DNA of 25,300 nt from contig JAWARQ010000010.1 of NCBI GenBank assembly GCA_038893355.1, forward strand, positions 1 through 25,300, written 5' to 3'. The notes beneath the pieces were generated by a model that made no database searches, was not told where the DNA came from, and saw only the letters and a list, made by a program, of their open reading frames with translations. Below are positions 1-9,546 of the stretch, one piece after another (position 1 is the first letter of the stretch; each line of letters starts with the position of its first letter). The DNA comes from Sulfolobaceae archaeon. Its GTDB lineage: Archaea; Thermoproteota; Thermoprotei_A; Sulfolobales; Sulfolobaceae. A program made the position numbers and the translations under genes.

Positions 1-145
1 CCGGTACGAATTTGGAGGCGGGCCAAGCTCCCCGTCGAGCTTTGAGCCCAAGGAAGTCAACGGCCTCAACCCCAGTCAGATCTGTATTACGCAGATCTGA
101 CTAATATGTTTTATATAAGGAAGTCAGATTATATAACTCCTGACC
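1..145. mobile_element. Probable terminal non-coding end of an insertion sequence (IS110-like suspected), truncated by the window edge
   Basis: Bases 1-100 are 57% GC against very AT-rich DNA after ~146. There is a perfect 11-bp inverted repeat (AGTCAGATCTG 74-84 / CAGATCTGACT 92-102) and a second hairpin at 20-49. The family call is from recollection of Sulfolobales IS110 ends and is unverified; the right boundary is approximate. Confidence 0.4.
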
Positions 146-312
146 ATCAACTAAGATACTAATAGTGATAACTTACTTAAATTTACAAAAACTTTACTTT
201 TCTGTTATTAAAATAATAGCTATATTTTTAATTATTAATAATTAATAAATTATATTATAGTATATTTTTGGAAAGTCTTTTATATAAGTTTAGGAAAAAT
301 GAAGTTAGGAAA

Positions 313-993
313 ATGTCGCTTGATGGTAAAAGTCTTAGGAAAAAGAGTGAGATGATATATGAGAGAATAAAAGAAGATATACAAAAAGGAAAATATTTGC
401 CCGGACAGAGGTTAGCGGAAGAATATTTAGCAAAGGAGTATAATGCTAGTAGAAACACTATTAGAGTTGCATTGGCAAGACTTGAAAAAGATGGGTTGGT
501 GACAAAAACTACTAGCGGTACTATAGTTTCTTTTGTAGATGCAAATGAAGCATTACAAATTTTAGAAATTAGAGAGATTCTTGAGGGATATCTAACAAGG
601 CTTGCAGCTAGAAAAATTAAGGAAAAGGAGTTAGAAAATTTAGAAAGAATTCTAAATGAAATGAGGGAAGTGATTGAGAAGAAAGAATACTATAAATATT
701 CACAGCTTAATGAGGACTTTCATAATATAATTTATGAAGCTTCGGGAAACAAAGTTGGAATTGAGTTAATAAAAAGTTTGAAATTAAGAATTATAAGGTT
801 GCAGTATTTAACAGCTTTATTACCAGGAAGGGCTAATGCGTCAATTATGGAACATGAACAAATACTGAATGCATTAAGAAATCATAATGAGGATGAAGCA
901 GAAAGGGCAGCAAGATTACATGTAGCTAACGTGAGGGAAGTTATAAAAAATAATATTATTCTATTTAACTTAAAGAGTGAATTAAACTATTAA
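313..993 (+). CDS. GntR family transcriptional regulator (wHTH + FCD domain)
   Basis: N-terminal IYERIKEDIQKGKYLPGQRLAEEYLAKEYNASRNTIRVAL wHTH. FCD motifs NEDFHNIIYEASGN, EHEQILNAL and ARLHV. ATG at 313 is preferred to TTG at 268 because a TTTATATA box lies ~30 bp upstream. Confidence 0.92.
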   Translation: MSLDGKSLRKKSEMIYERIKEDIQKGKYLPGQRLAEEYLAKEYNASRNTIRVALARLEKDGLVTKTTSGTIVSFVDANEALQILEIREILEGYLTRLAARKIKEKELENLERILNEMREVIEKKEYYKYSQLNEDFHNIIYEASGNKVGIELIKSLKLRIIRLQYLTALLPGRANASIMEHEQILNALRNHNEDEAERAARLHVANVREVIKNNIILFNLKSELNY

Positions 994-1013
994 TTAAATA
1001 TTAATTATAAGGA

Positions 1014-2366
1014 TTATTTATTCAAGTTTCCTATTATATCTTCAATCTCTTTAGAAATTCTAAGTAACTTTTCATCCTCTTTTGGTTTTCCTATAATCTG
1101 CAATCCCCATGGTAATGAATTTATCTTACCAGCAGGTAATGAAATTGCAGGAGAGCCAAATAAGTTAGGTAATGCAATATATTTAGTTAATATATTCCTG
1201 AACTTCATTTCATCCTTCTCGACCTCTTTAATTTCTGGAGCTACTATAGGAGTAGAAGGTGTTATTACTGCATCCACATCTAGCCTAAGAAACTCTATCA
1301 GCATCGATTCCCTTAATTTCAGAGCCCTAATGTATTCATAAGCGGGAATATTTAATCCCATCCTAATCAATTCAGCAACGTCCCTAGGGTATTCGTTCTC
1401 CCTTTTCATAAACAATTCATAATGTATCGCTGCCCCCTCGCTTAGCCTTATCGTTCTGGCAACTTCCGTTATCTTCTTCAAATCAATATCTAGCCTAATT
1501 ACCTCAATACCATGACTTTCAAGGACTGGAAGCAGTCTAATAAATTCCCTTTCTACTTCAAATTGTGCATTCTCATCAACTAGATATCCTAACCTTAATC
1601 TCCTATTAATCCCCTTACTTACTCTAAGAACATCTATTCCCTCTATGAAAATACTAGCTAGGTATGCAGAATCTATTACACTTCTGGTTAAGAAACCTAC
1701 TGTATCAAAACTCCATGCAGTAGGATATAATCCATGGTTACTTATTAAACCGTAACTCGGCTTATAACCTACTACCCCACATAAAGAAGCTGGAATTCTA
1801 ATGGAGCCAAAGGTATCACTACCTATAGAAGCCTTAACACTACCTACCGCAACTGTAACCGCAGAACCACCACTTGATCCACCAGAAATTCTATTAGGAT
1901 CATAAGGATTCTTCACTGGACCGAAGTCTGATGATACATTACTTACACCACTAGCTAATGCGTGTAAATTAGTCTTACCTATTACTATTCCGTCCTCCTT
2001 CTTTATTTTTATGATAACATCTGCATCATATGAAGGTAAAAAGTCCTTATAAATTCTTGAAGCAATAGTAGTTACTACATTTTTAGTGTAGATATTATCC
2101 TTTACTGCAACGGGAACTCCTATTAAAGCACCGAATTTCATATTACTCTTTACAATCTTGTTAATCATCCTTAAGAGTTCTTCTGATGGAGAGACGATAG
2201 TAATATAGCTGTTAAATCTTGAAGTTTCTTCTTTAACTCTCTCTAAACTCTTATGAACCACTTCTGACGGAGAAGAGTTCCCTCCTATAATATCAGCTAC
2301 TAAAGCAACTAACTCTGCTCTTTTACTGGAAGACACTAGCTCCTTAAGAACTTTCTCAAAGTCCAT
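1014..2366 (-). CDS. Amidase signature family protein
   Basis: GVPVAVKDNI (catalytic Lys), SGGSSGGSA, and GSDTFGSIRIPASLCG (Ser-cisSer-Lys triad motifs). Confidence 0.9.
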   Translation of the reverse strand: MDFEKVLKELVSSSKRAELVALVADIIGGNSSPSEVVHKSLERVKEETSRFNSYITIVSPSEELLRMINKIVKSNMKFGALIGVPVAVKDNIYTKNVVTTIASRIYKDFLPSYDADVIIKIKKEDGIVIGKTNLHALASGVSNVSSDFGPVKNPYDPNRISGGSSGGSAVTVAVGSVKASIGSDTFGSIRIPASLCGVVGYKPSYGLISNHGLYPTAWSFDTVGFLTRSVIDSAYLASIFIEGIDVLRVSKGINRRLRLGYLVDENAQFEVEREFIRLLPVLESHGIEVIRLDIDLKKITEVARTIRLSEGAAIHYELFMKRENEYPRDVAELIRMGLNIPAYEYIRALKLRESMLIEFLRLDVDAVITPSTPIVAPEIKEVEKDEMKFRNILTKYIALPNLFGSPAISLPAGKINSLPWGLQIIGKPKEDEKLLRISKEIEDIIGNLNK

Positions 2367-2497
2367 AGTTAAGTTCTAGAAAAGGTGGTTTATATCCTCT
2401 TAGGAGCATTCTATAATTTATACAAAATGTTTATTTAATTGTATCAAACAATATTAAATATATTTATCATAGTTATTATATAAGTATCTAATAACTA

Positions 2498-3469
2498 CTA
2501 TCCACCTCTGTACTTTACTATATTTATTACTTCCTTTACTATTTTCTCCTCATTAGGTATAACGTATTCTTCTAATGGCTTACTATAGGGTATGCTTGAA
2601 TCTAATGAACATATTCTCTTTATAGGTGATTTTAATAAATCAAACGCCTCCTCTTGAATTGTTGCAGCTATTTCACTAGCAACGCTTCCAGTCTTAGGTG
2701 CCTGATCCACGATAACTAATCTCCCGGTTTTCTCTAACGATTTAATGATAGTCTTCTTGTCTAGGGGAACTAATGTTCGAGGATCTATTACCTCGACACT
2801 TATTCCTTTCTCCTCAAGGATCTTAGCAGCATTAAGTGCCTTATGAACCATCCAGCCTATTGCGATTATAGTTACATCATCACCTCCTTTCTTTATATCT
2901 GCTACTCCGAAGGGAATAGAATAATCTTCTTCTGGAATTTCTTGTTCCATTAGGTAAATATTAAAGGGAGTCAAATAAAATACTGGATTTCCATCCCTAA
3001 TTGCAGTTTTAATAAGACCTTTAGCATCATAAGGTGTAGAGGGAATTACCAGTTTACTACCATAAGCTCTCATGAATAATTCGTACCAAGTGTTAGAATG
3101 CGTAGTACTCCATCCATAAACAAATCCGAAACCGGCCTTAAATACTACCGGAACTTTAACTTGACCTCCAGTACTGTACCTCATTCTGGGTGCTTGATTC
3201 AATAATTGTTCCATTGCAACAAGCATAAAATCAGTCATTATTAAATCTACTATAACCTTTAAACCAGTCATAGCAGCACCAATAGCCATTCCTACCTCAG
3301 CAGTTTCGGATATTGGAGTAAACCTTACCCTCTTACGACCAAATTTCTTTAAAAATGGGTCATCCTCGTTTAAAGCCATATTTTGCCCATAGTAGATAAT
3401 TGTAGGATCTTTTTCCATTTCCTCCATTATTCCCTCATTAATAGCCTGAATATACGTAACCTTCTTCAC
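2498..3469 (-). CDS. 2-oxoacid/acetoin dehydrogenase E1 component beta subunit
   Basis: TPISE, PSTPYDAKGLIKTAIRDGNPV and EVIDPRTLVPLD motifs. GTG start, directly downstream of E1 alpha. Confidence 0.9.
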   Translation of the reverse strand: MKKVTYIQAINEGIMEEMEKDPTIIYYGQNMALNEDDPFLKKFGRKRVRFTPISETAEVGMAIGAAMTGLKVIVDLIMTDFMLVAMEQLLNQAPRMRYSTGGQVKVPVVFKAGFGFVYGWSTTHSNTWYELFMRAYGSKLVIPSTPYDAKGLIKTAIRDGNPVFYLTPFNIYLMEQEIPEEDYSIPFGVADIKKGGDDVTIIAIGWMVHKALNAAKILEEKGISVEVIDPRTLVPLDKKTIIKSLEKTGRLVIVDQAPKTGSVASEIAATIQEEAFDLLKSPIKRICSLDSSIPYSKPLEEYVIPNEEKIVKEVINIVKYRGG

Positions 3470-3483
3470 GGTAAATAGACCCC

Positions 3484-4524
3484 CTACGCATAAATATCTT
3501 CTAATGCCTCTTCAGGTGAAGGGTATGGGCTTTCAAGTGCAAACTTTATTGCATCCCTTAATTCTTCATCTACTTTCAATTCAATTTTAACCAACTCATC
3601 TTCTCCACCTACTATTCCAGAATCTAAAAGATACTTTTTAAATCGAGGTATAGGATCCCTTGCTTTCCAGAATTCTAACTCTTCTGGCTTCTTATAATAC
3701 TCAATAGCCTCATGCTCAGGGAACCATGGAGTTAATGGAGGCGGTACTATTGAGTTACCATGAGCTACGAATCTATAAGTAATAGCTTCAATTAATGTGG
3801 GCCCTTCACCTTTTCTAGCCCTTTCTACAGCCTCCTTAACTGTTACATAAACTGCAATTGGATCCATTCCATCTATCGTTTTAGAGGGCATTGAAAACGC
3901 TTTTGCCTTTACAGATAATGGTTCTCCATTTGCTGCATTTGGATCTTCCAATTCGACTTTGGTATAAGCTTGATAGAGATTATTTTCTAAAATATATACT
4001 ATAGGTAATCTCCACAGTGATGCTATACTTAAAGACTCAAAAAATGCCCCCTGCTTTGTTGCTCCGTCACCAAAAAAGCAAAGAACAACCTGATTAGTAC
4101 CTAAAACTTGATTCCTTAATGCAACACCAGTAGCCTGCGGTATTCCCTGCGCTACTATTCCGTTTGCTGGTAAAAAGTTCTTACTTATATCACAAATATG
4201 CATTGAACCCCCTTTTCCTTTACAAACTCCGGTTTTCTTTCCGAATATTTCAGCTAATAAATTTCTCAAAGGAACACCTTTTGCTATTGCATGAGCATGG
4301 CACCTATACGTTGTTGCAACATAATCCTTAGGCTCGATAGCTGCAATTGATGCTACTGCAACTGCTTCTTGACCTATCGACGGATGTGTATGTCCTCTGA
4401 TTAACCCGGGGTACTCTTTAAAACTTCTAACGATAAACTCATCAAATCTTCTAGCCTTTAACATATTTTCGTATATCCATAACATTTTTTCTTTATTAGG
4501 ATATATAAGTGGTTCGATTTTCAT
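3484..4524 (-). CDS. 2-oxoacid/acetoin dehydrogenase E1 component alpha subunit (ThDP-dependent)
   Basis: GQEA, TYRCHAH and GKGGSMH motifs, ThDP motif GDGA...ENN, and GPTLIEAITYR. Confidence 0.9.
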   Translation of the reverse strand: MKIEPLIYPNKEKMLWIYENMLKARRFDEFIVRSFKEYPGLIRGHTHPSIGQEAVAVASIAAIEPKDYVATTYRCHAHAIAKGVPLRNLLAEIFGKKTGVCKGKGGSMHICDISKNFLPANGIVAQGIPQATGVALRNQVLGTNQVVLCFFGDGATKQGAFFESLSIASLWRLPIVYILENNLYQAYTKVELEDPNAANGEPLSVKAKAFSMPSKTIDGMDPIAVYVTVKEAVERARKGEGPTLIEAITYRFVAHGNSIVPPPLTPWFPEHEAIEYYKKPEELEFWKARDPIPRFKKYLLDSGIVGGEDELVKIELKVDEELRDAIKFALESPYPSPEEALEDIYA

Positions 4525-4574
4525 TAGTATAATTTATTAAAAAGGATCTAAAAAACCTTTACTATCCCAATAAT

Positions 4575-4883
4575 TCACTTATTCTTCTGTACTTTATATA
4601 CAACTTGTTCTTCCACCGGTCTATCGCCTAATCCTAAGATCACAAGCCTATAATCATGAATTATATACGGATTTATTCCATAGTTAAACATCTCTTCTGG
4701 ATCTGCCCTTAATAGGACTCTCATATCCTCTTCAGATAAGTTATACTGCATCATAACTTCGCGAGGGTTTTTCCTGAATTTTTCTCTTAATTCTTTATTT
4801 TCTCTTAAATCATAAATCAACTTATGTATATTGAATCGAGATATTTCGGGAAAGGTATAGTATATTACCATATATAATCCCAT
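4575..4883 (-). CDS. ligA: LigA-like small subunit of a LigAB-type extradiol ring-cleavage dioxygenase
   Basis: SRFNIHKLIYDL...LREKFRKNPREVMMQYNLSEED...LLRAD...GINPY matches the LigA domain pattern, and a LigB gene lies in the same cluster. The start may be the ATG at 4871. Confidence 0.7.
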   Translation of the reverse strand: MGLYMVIYYTFPEISRFNIHKLIYDLRENKELREKFRKNPREVMMQYNLSEEDMRVLLRADPEEMFNYGINPYIIHDYRLVILGLGDRPVEEQVVYKVQKNK

Positions 4884-4985
4884 TTCTATTTTAAATGTTC
4901 CGAGTATATTAGCTTTTAGGATATAGTGGATAGTATAATAATAAGATTAACCATACTTATAAATTTATATTCTTAATTTTTATAT

Positions 4986-5047
4986 TTATTCTATTTAATT
5001 TTATTTAATATAATAAAATATATATTTATTATTCTATTTAATTTTAT
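4986..5047. repeat. 19-bp direct repeat TTATTCTATTTAATTTTAT (4986-5004 and 5029-5047) in a divergent promoter region
   Basis: Read directly from the sequence; low-complexity AT context. Confidence 0.6.
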
Positions 5048-5123
5048 AGTACTAATAACTTATATCTCACAAAGATAATTCACAAGCTGTAAAGCATATA
5101 TTCTACTATACTTAGGTTAAAGC

Positions 5124-6722
5124 ATGGAAAGTGGTGCAAAACTATTCCTCTCTCTATTAAAGGAAATTGGAGTAGATAAAATATTTATTGTCTCAGGGAC
5201 TGACTATGCTGCTTTTATAGAAGAAAAAGTTAGGGATGAAGGCCTGCCAGAGTTTATAGTAGTACCACACGAAATTACTGCAGCAGCTGCAGCAGTAGGC
5301 TATTCTCTAGCTGGGAAAATAGGTGTAGTAGCTTTACATACTGTTCCGGGTACCGCCAATGCCTTAGGGATAATAATAAATGCTTTTACTTCTAGAATAC
5401 CATTAATTGTTATTGCAGGGAGATCGCCCTATACCGAATTCGGAAGTTCTGCAAGCAGGAATGCAAGAATACATTGGACTCAAGAAGCAAGAGATCAGGG
5501 AGGGATAGTAAGACAATGGGTAAAGTGGGATTTTGAAATAAGGAGGGCTGAACAAATCCCTGAGGTAATAGCTAGGGCATATCAAATTGCCTTTAGTGAA
5601 CCGAGAGGGCCGGTGTATATAATGATACCAAGAGAAGTAAGTATAGAAAAGGCTGAGAAAAGAGTAATTAAGACCGATACCTACGAGCCAGGAGCGAGTA
5701 GAGATGCTATAAAAAAGGCTGAGAAAATTATTGAGGAGAGTGAAAGACCAGTTATAATAACTTGGAGAGCAGGCAGAAGAAGAGAATGGTTTGAAAGCTT
5801 AAAGAGATTTGCTGATAATTATGGATTTCCAGTATTAAATTATGTTGGAGAAGTTGTGAATTATGATGGGGAATACAAATTAGATTATATCGATTTATCA
5901 GATGTAGATCTTGCAATAGTAGTTGAATGTGAAGTTCCATGGATACCTAAGAGAAAACAATTTAAGGGTAAGGTAATAAAGGTCGATGTAGATCCCTCCT
6001 ATTCTTATATTCCATTCTACGGGTTTCCATGTGACCTATGCGTTCAGAGTACAGTTTCGGAGTTTTTTGACCAGCTCAAAGTTAAGCGTAAGGATGAATG
6101 GAGTTATAAGATTAAGGAAATTATCAAGAGTCAAGAAAAAGAAAAGAAAAATGAAATTGAAATCTTATCTAGAAGTAAAAAGATACATCCTAGATACCTC
6201 TCTTATGAAATTGGTAAACTAGTTAATGAATCGACTGTAATTATAAACGAGTACTCATTTAATCCGAAATACGCTAATCTGACTTACGGACAGTACTATA
6301 GTGAACATGCGGCAGGTCATTTAGGATGGGTATTAGGTGCTTCCTTTGGTTATAGCATTGCTACCGGTAAGAAGGTAATTGCAACAGTAGGAGACGGCTC
6401 ATTTATTTTTGGCGTACCAGAAGCCCTATATTACGCAGTTGCAACATATGGTGGGGATGTCCTAATAGTTATTTATGATAATGCAGGCTGGCTAGCTAGT
6501 GCGCTTGCAGTTGAGGAGGTATTCCCAGAGGGATTAGCTAAAGCTAAGAAAATTTTCCCTGGAGCTGATTTTAAGAGATACAATATTGGTGAAACAGTTA
6601 AGGCATTTGGTGGTTATTATAAACTTGTTGAGGAGACTTCAGAGGTCGAACATGCATTACACGAGGCTTATAAAGTTAAAGGTCTTGCAGTTTTACAATT
6701 TATAGTTGAAAAAACTAGATAA
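5124..6722 (+). CDS. Thiamine pyrophosphate-requiring enzyme (acetolactate synthase / benzoylformate decarboxylase superfamily)
   Basis: SGTDY, PHE (catalytic Glu), GTAN and IHWTQEARDQG motifs, plus C-terminal ThDP motif GDGS...DNAGW. Confidence 0.88.
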   Translation: MESGAKLFLSLLKEIGVDKIFIVSGTDYAAFIEEKVRDEGLPEFIVVPHEITAAAAAVGYSLAGKIGVVALHTVPGTANALGIIINAFTSRIPLIVIAGRSPYTEFGSSASRNARIHWTQEARDQGGIVRQWVKWDFEIRRAEQIPEVIARAYQIAFSEPRGPVYIMIPREVSIEKAEKRVIKTDTYEPGASRDAIKKAEKIIEESERPVIITWRAGRRREWFESLKRFADNYGFPVLNYVGEVVNYDGEYKLDYIDLSDVDLAIVVECEVPWIPKRKQFKGKVIKVDVDPSYSYIPFYGFPCDLCVQSTVSEFFDQLKVKRKDEWSYKIKEIIKSQEKEKKNEIEILSRSKKIHPRYLSYEIGKLVNESTVIINEYSFNPKYANLTYGQYYSEHAAGHLGWVLGASFGYSIATGKKVIATVGDGSFIFGVPEALYYAVATYGGDVLIVIYDNAGWLASALAVEEVFPEGLAKAKKIFPGADFKRYNIGETVKAFGGYYKLVEETSEVEHALHEAYKVKGLAVLQFIVEKTR

Positions 6723-6735
6723 GTTATTCAAAATA

Positions 6736-7185
6736 TTAAATATTCATATTTACATTAAATCCAAATTTCTTTTTTAAATATTCTAGTCCTGCCCTTGCTA
6801 TTTCTTCGTCTTGATCTGGAGAAAAGGCTCCACCAACACCTATAGCACCAACAACCTTACCGTCTATTTCTACTGGTAAACCCCCCTTTAAAGTAGCAAA
6901 CTTACCGTTAAACATATTTTGGATACCATATGCTGGCTTTCCAGGCTGAGCTATATCCGAATACACCCTAGTAGGTCTCATCGTAACTGCTGCAGTAAAT
7001 GCTTTATTAATTGAAGTTTCAATACTTATAATCCTAGCACCATCCATTCTATGAAAAGCAATTAAATACCCTTCTTCATCAACAACTGCTATACTAACAC
7101 TTATACCCAACTCTTTGGCCTTTAACTCAGCACCTTCAATTAAAGCTCTAGCCTCATCCAACCCTAACCTTTGGACATTAATCAT
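6736..7185 (-). CDS. GlcG/HbpS family heme-binding protein (DUF336)
   Basis: IAVVDEEGYLIAFHRMDGA, KAFTA and GGLPVEIDGKVVGAIGVGG...DEEIA motifs. Confidence 0.9.
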   Translation of the reverse strand: MINVQRLGLDEARALIEGAELKAKELGISVSIAVVDEEGYLIAFHRMDGARIISIETSINKAFTAAVTMRPTRVYSDIAQPGKPAYGIQNMFNGKFATLKGGLPVEIDGKVVGAIGVGGAFSPDQDEEIARAGLEYLKKKFGFNVNMNI

Positions 7186-7202
7186 TCCTAAACACCTTAA
7201 TC

Positions 7203-9287
7203 TTACTCTGATCGTTTATGAGAAGAATTTGTTACTAACTCCTTTATGTAAGAAGGTGTTACTGGCGTCTTCTTAAATTTGACCTTAAGTAGTTTTTCTA
7301 GCGCTATAAAAGTTGCAGCTAATCCCCCTATCGTTCCTGCCTCGCCAACTCCTCTAACTCCACTACTTAATGCAGAAGGTACCGTAACTTCATAAATCCC
7401 TGCATTTCTGAATGTCTCCATTATCGTTGGAACTCCTACATCTGCTATTGAGCTAAACTTTGGCACGCCATTTTCATCATACTCCGCAACCTCTACTAGT
7501 ACTTGAGAAATACCTTGTAATGCACCACCAATAATCTGTCCTTCTATTTCTTCCTTTATCAGAACCCTTCCGACATCATCGACAGCATAAAATGCTATAA
7601 CCCTTGGAGAATAAGTTTCCCAATCGAAATCAACTACTGCAATATGAAAGCTCGGAGTGAAGATATCCTCAGCTTTTACGTAGACCTCTGCCTCATAAAT
7701 TGCCTCACTGTTAATAGCGTCTTTGATTGACAGATTAACCTCTGAAAGCTTCTTATTCAAAGCCTTAAAAGCCTCAATTATTGCAGCGCCTCCTACAGCA
7801 GCTGCCCTACTTCCATAACTCCCGACACCTTCCTTTAAACCCTCAGTTGTACCAGTCTTCACTACTATTAAGTCCTCATCAATCCCAAAATTCTCTTTAA
7901 CTAACTTACTGAAGGAAGATTGGTAAGCTTGCCCATGGTGACCAGAACCTACAATTATCTCCACTTTACCCTTACCTACTCTTACCTTAGCAGCTTCACC
8001 TGGTGAAGTTCTAATTAATTCATTAAAGAAAGCTATAGCTATTGACTTTCCTTTATAAATCTCTCTAAGCTTATTGTATAACTCCACCCCCTTATTAAAC
8101 ACCTCTACATAACCTGCCTTATCAAACTTTAAACCTAAAGGTGTTACATAAGAGTCTTTAACCATATTCTTCTTCCTTATCTCAATAGAATCCATTCCAA
8201 TCTTCTCTGCAAAATCCTCTACCAAAGTTTCATGGAATAATGTAGCTTCTGGCCTTCCTGCACCTCTATATATAACATACGGTGGTAAATTAGTATAAAC
8301 ACCCATAGCCCTAATCCTTGCAAATTTCATTACATATGGCCCAGTTAAGTTAGATGCTATAAACGAAGGCGTAGTTAGCGATATTGCGTAAGCATAAGCA
8401 CCTAGATTCATTATTATTTCTCCATCAATTCCTAGTATTGTACCGTCCTTCTTGCCATACAACCTTACTTTCCCGTAAACCCCTCTACCTTGAGATAGAC
8501 CTATTAAATGCTCATACCTTGTCTCAATCCATTTTACTGGCCTCTTTAATTTCATTGATGCATAAGCTGCGAGTATATACTCCGGAGGCGCATTTAACTT
8601 ACTTCCAAACCCTCCTCCTACATTAGGCGGTGCAATAACCGTAATCTTCTCCGGTGGTAATCCTAAAGTTTCTTGTAAATTACTTCTTATCCTAAATGCT
8701 GATTGAGTAGAAGCATAAACGAGCAATTTATCACCATCATAATAAGCGATAATTCCCCTAGGCTCCATAGGGTTCCCGGGAATCCTTTCTTGATAAATTT
8801 CCCTTTCAACTATAACCTCGGCATCCTTACTAGCTGAGATATCTCCTCCCTTAAGTTCTTGATCAACAGCGATATTCGATTTCAACCCTTGATGAATAAT
8901 AATATCCCCCTTAAGTGAGTCTTGAATCGTAACTACTGGCTTCAGCTCTTCATAATCTATCCCTACTTCCTCTAAAACGTCTTCAACCTCATATCTATCC
9001 TCAACTACTACAGCTGCTATTGGCTGACCATAAAAGTTAACTATTCCATCAGCAAGAACCGGCATTTTTACTATATTAGCATTCTGAACTGGAGTAGCCG
9101 GAAGGAATGCCTTAAAGTCCTTAGAAGTAACGAACAATAATGCCCTTGAAGGTTTACCAATATCCCTTATCCGCGCTCTAGCATAGGTAGATCTAACGAC
9201 AGCTAAGTATACTGTATCTTTCAAATTAATATCGTCTATATACGTAGACTTCCCAGAGATCACCGTGTAATGTTCCTTGAGTTTCAT
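7203..9287 (-). CDS. Xanthine dehydrogenase family molybdopterin-binding large subunit (CutA/CoxL-like aldehyde oxidoreductase)
   Basis: PMEPRG, VGGGFGSK, YRGAGRPEA, GSYGSR, EGQIIGG and RGVGEAG motifs. No FAD or 2Fe-2S subunit genes in the window. Confidence 0.9.
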   Translation of the reverse strand: MKLKEHYTVISGKSTYIDDINLKDTVYLAVVRSTYARARIRDIGKPSRALLFVTSKDFKAFLPATPVQNANIVKMPVLADGIVNFYGQPIAAVVVEDRYEVEDVLEEVGIDYEELKPVVTIQDSLKGDIIIHQGLKSNIAVDQELKGGDISASKDAEVIVEREIYQERIPGNPMEPRGIIAYYDGDKLLVYASTQSAFRIRSNLQETLGLPPEKITVIAPPNVGGGFGSKLNAPPEYILAAYASMKLKRPVKWIETRYEHLIGLSQGRGVYGKVRLYGKKDGTILGIDGEIIMNLGAYAYAISLTTPSFIASNLTGPYVMKFARIRAMGVYTNLPPYVIYRGAGRPEATLFHETLVEDFAEKIGMDSIEIRKKNMVKDSYVTPLGLKFDKAGYVEVFNKGVELYNKLREIYKGKSIAIAFFNELIRTSPGEAAKVRVGKGKVEIIVGSGHHGQAYQSSFSKLVKENFGIDEDLIVVKTGTTEGLKEGVGSYGSRAAAVGGAAIIEAFKALNKKLSEVNLSIKDAINSEAIYEAEVYVKAEDIFTPSFHIAVVDFDWETYSPRVIAFYAVDDVGRVLIKEEIEGQIIGGALQGISQVLVEVAEYDENGVPKFSSIADVGVPTIMETFRNAGIYEVTVPSALSSGVRGVGEAGTIGGLAATFIALEKLLKVKFKKTPVTPSYIKELVTNSSHKRSE

Positions 9288-9546
9288 AATTATGAGATAA
9301 GGTTAGAAGAATTAAAAACTTGTGATAATTCTTCCTATATCTAGCTTGATAGTCCTCATAAAACTTCATGGATAGCTAGAGATTACCCTACATTGGAGCG
9401 AAAGGTTAAAGAGGTCTCCTCGCTGTACTACATTATTTCCCTTTATAAGTAGGCCTTATACTTGAAAATTATAAATTATGATTCTTTTAAAGTCCAGAAA
9501 CTTTTGTAACGCAGAACTTTTAAATAAATCCTTGAATACTCCATTC

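Noticed and set aside
1014-2366. Glu-tRNA amidotransferase GatA
   Set aside because: No gatB/gatC nearby, a catabolic context, and only the generic amidase signature is evident.
7203-9287. Aerobic CO dehydrogenase CoxL (form I)
   Set aside because: The active-site loop is YRGAGR, not AYxCSFR, and no coxM/coxS genes are adjacent.
9288-9546. Possible gene remnant in this spacer (also 13017-13190 and 20759-21078)
   Set aside because: The frames I translated by hand gave only short peptides with no recognisable family.
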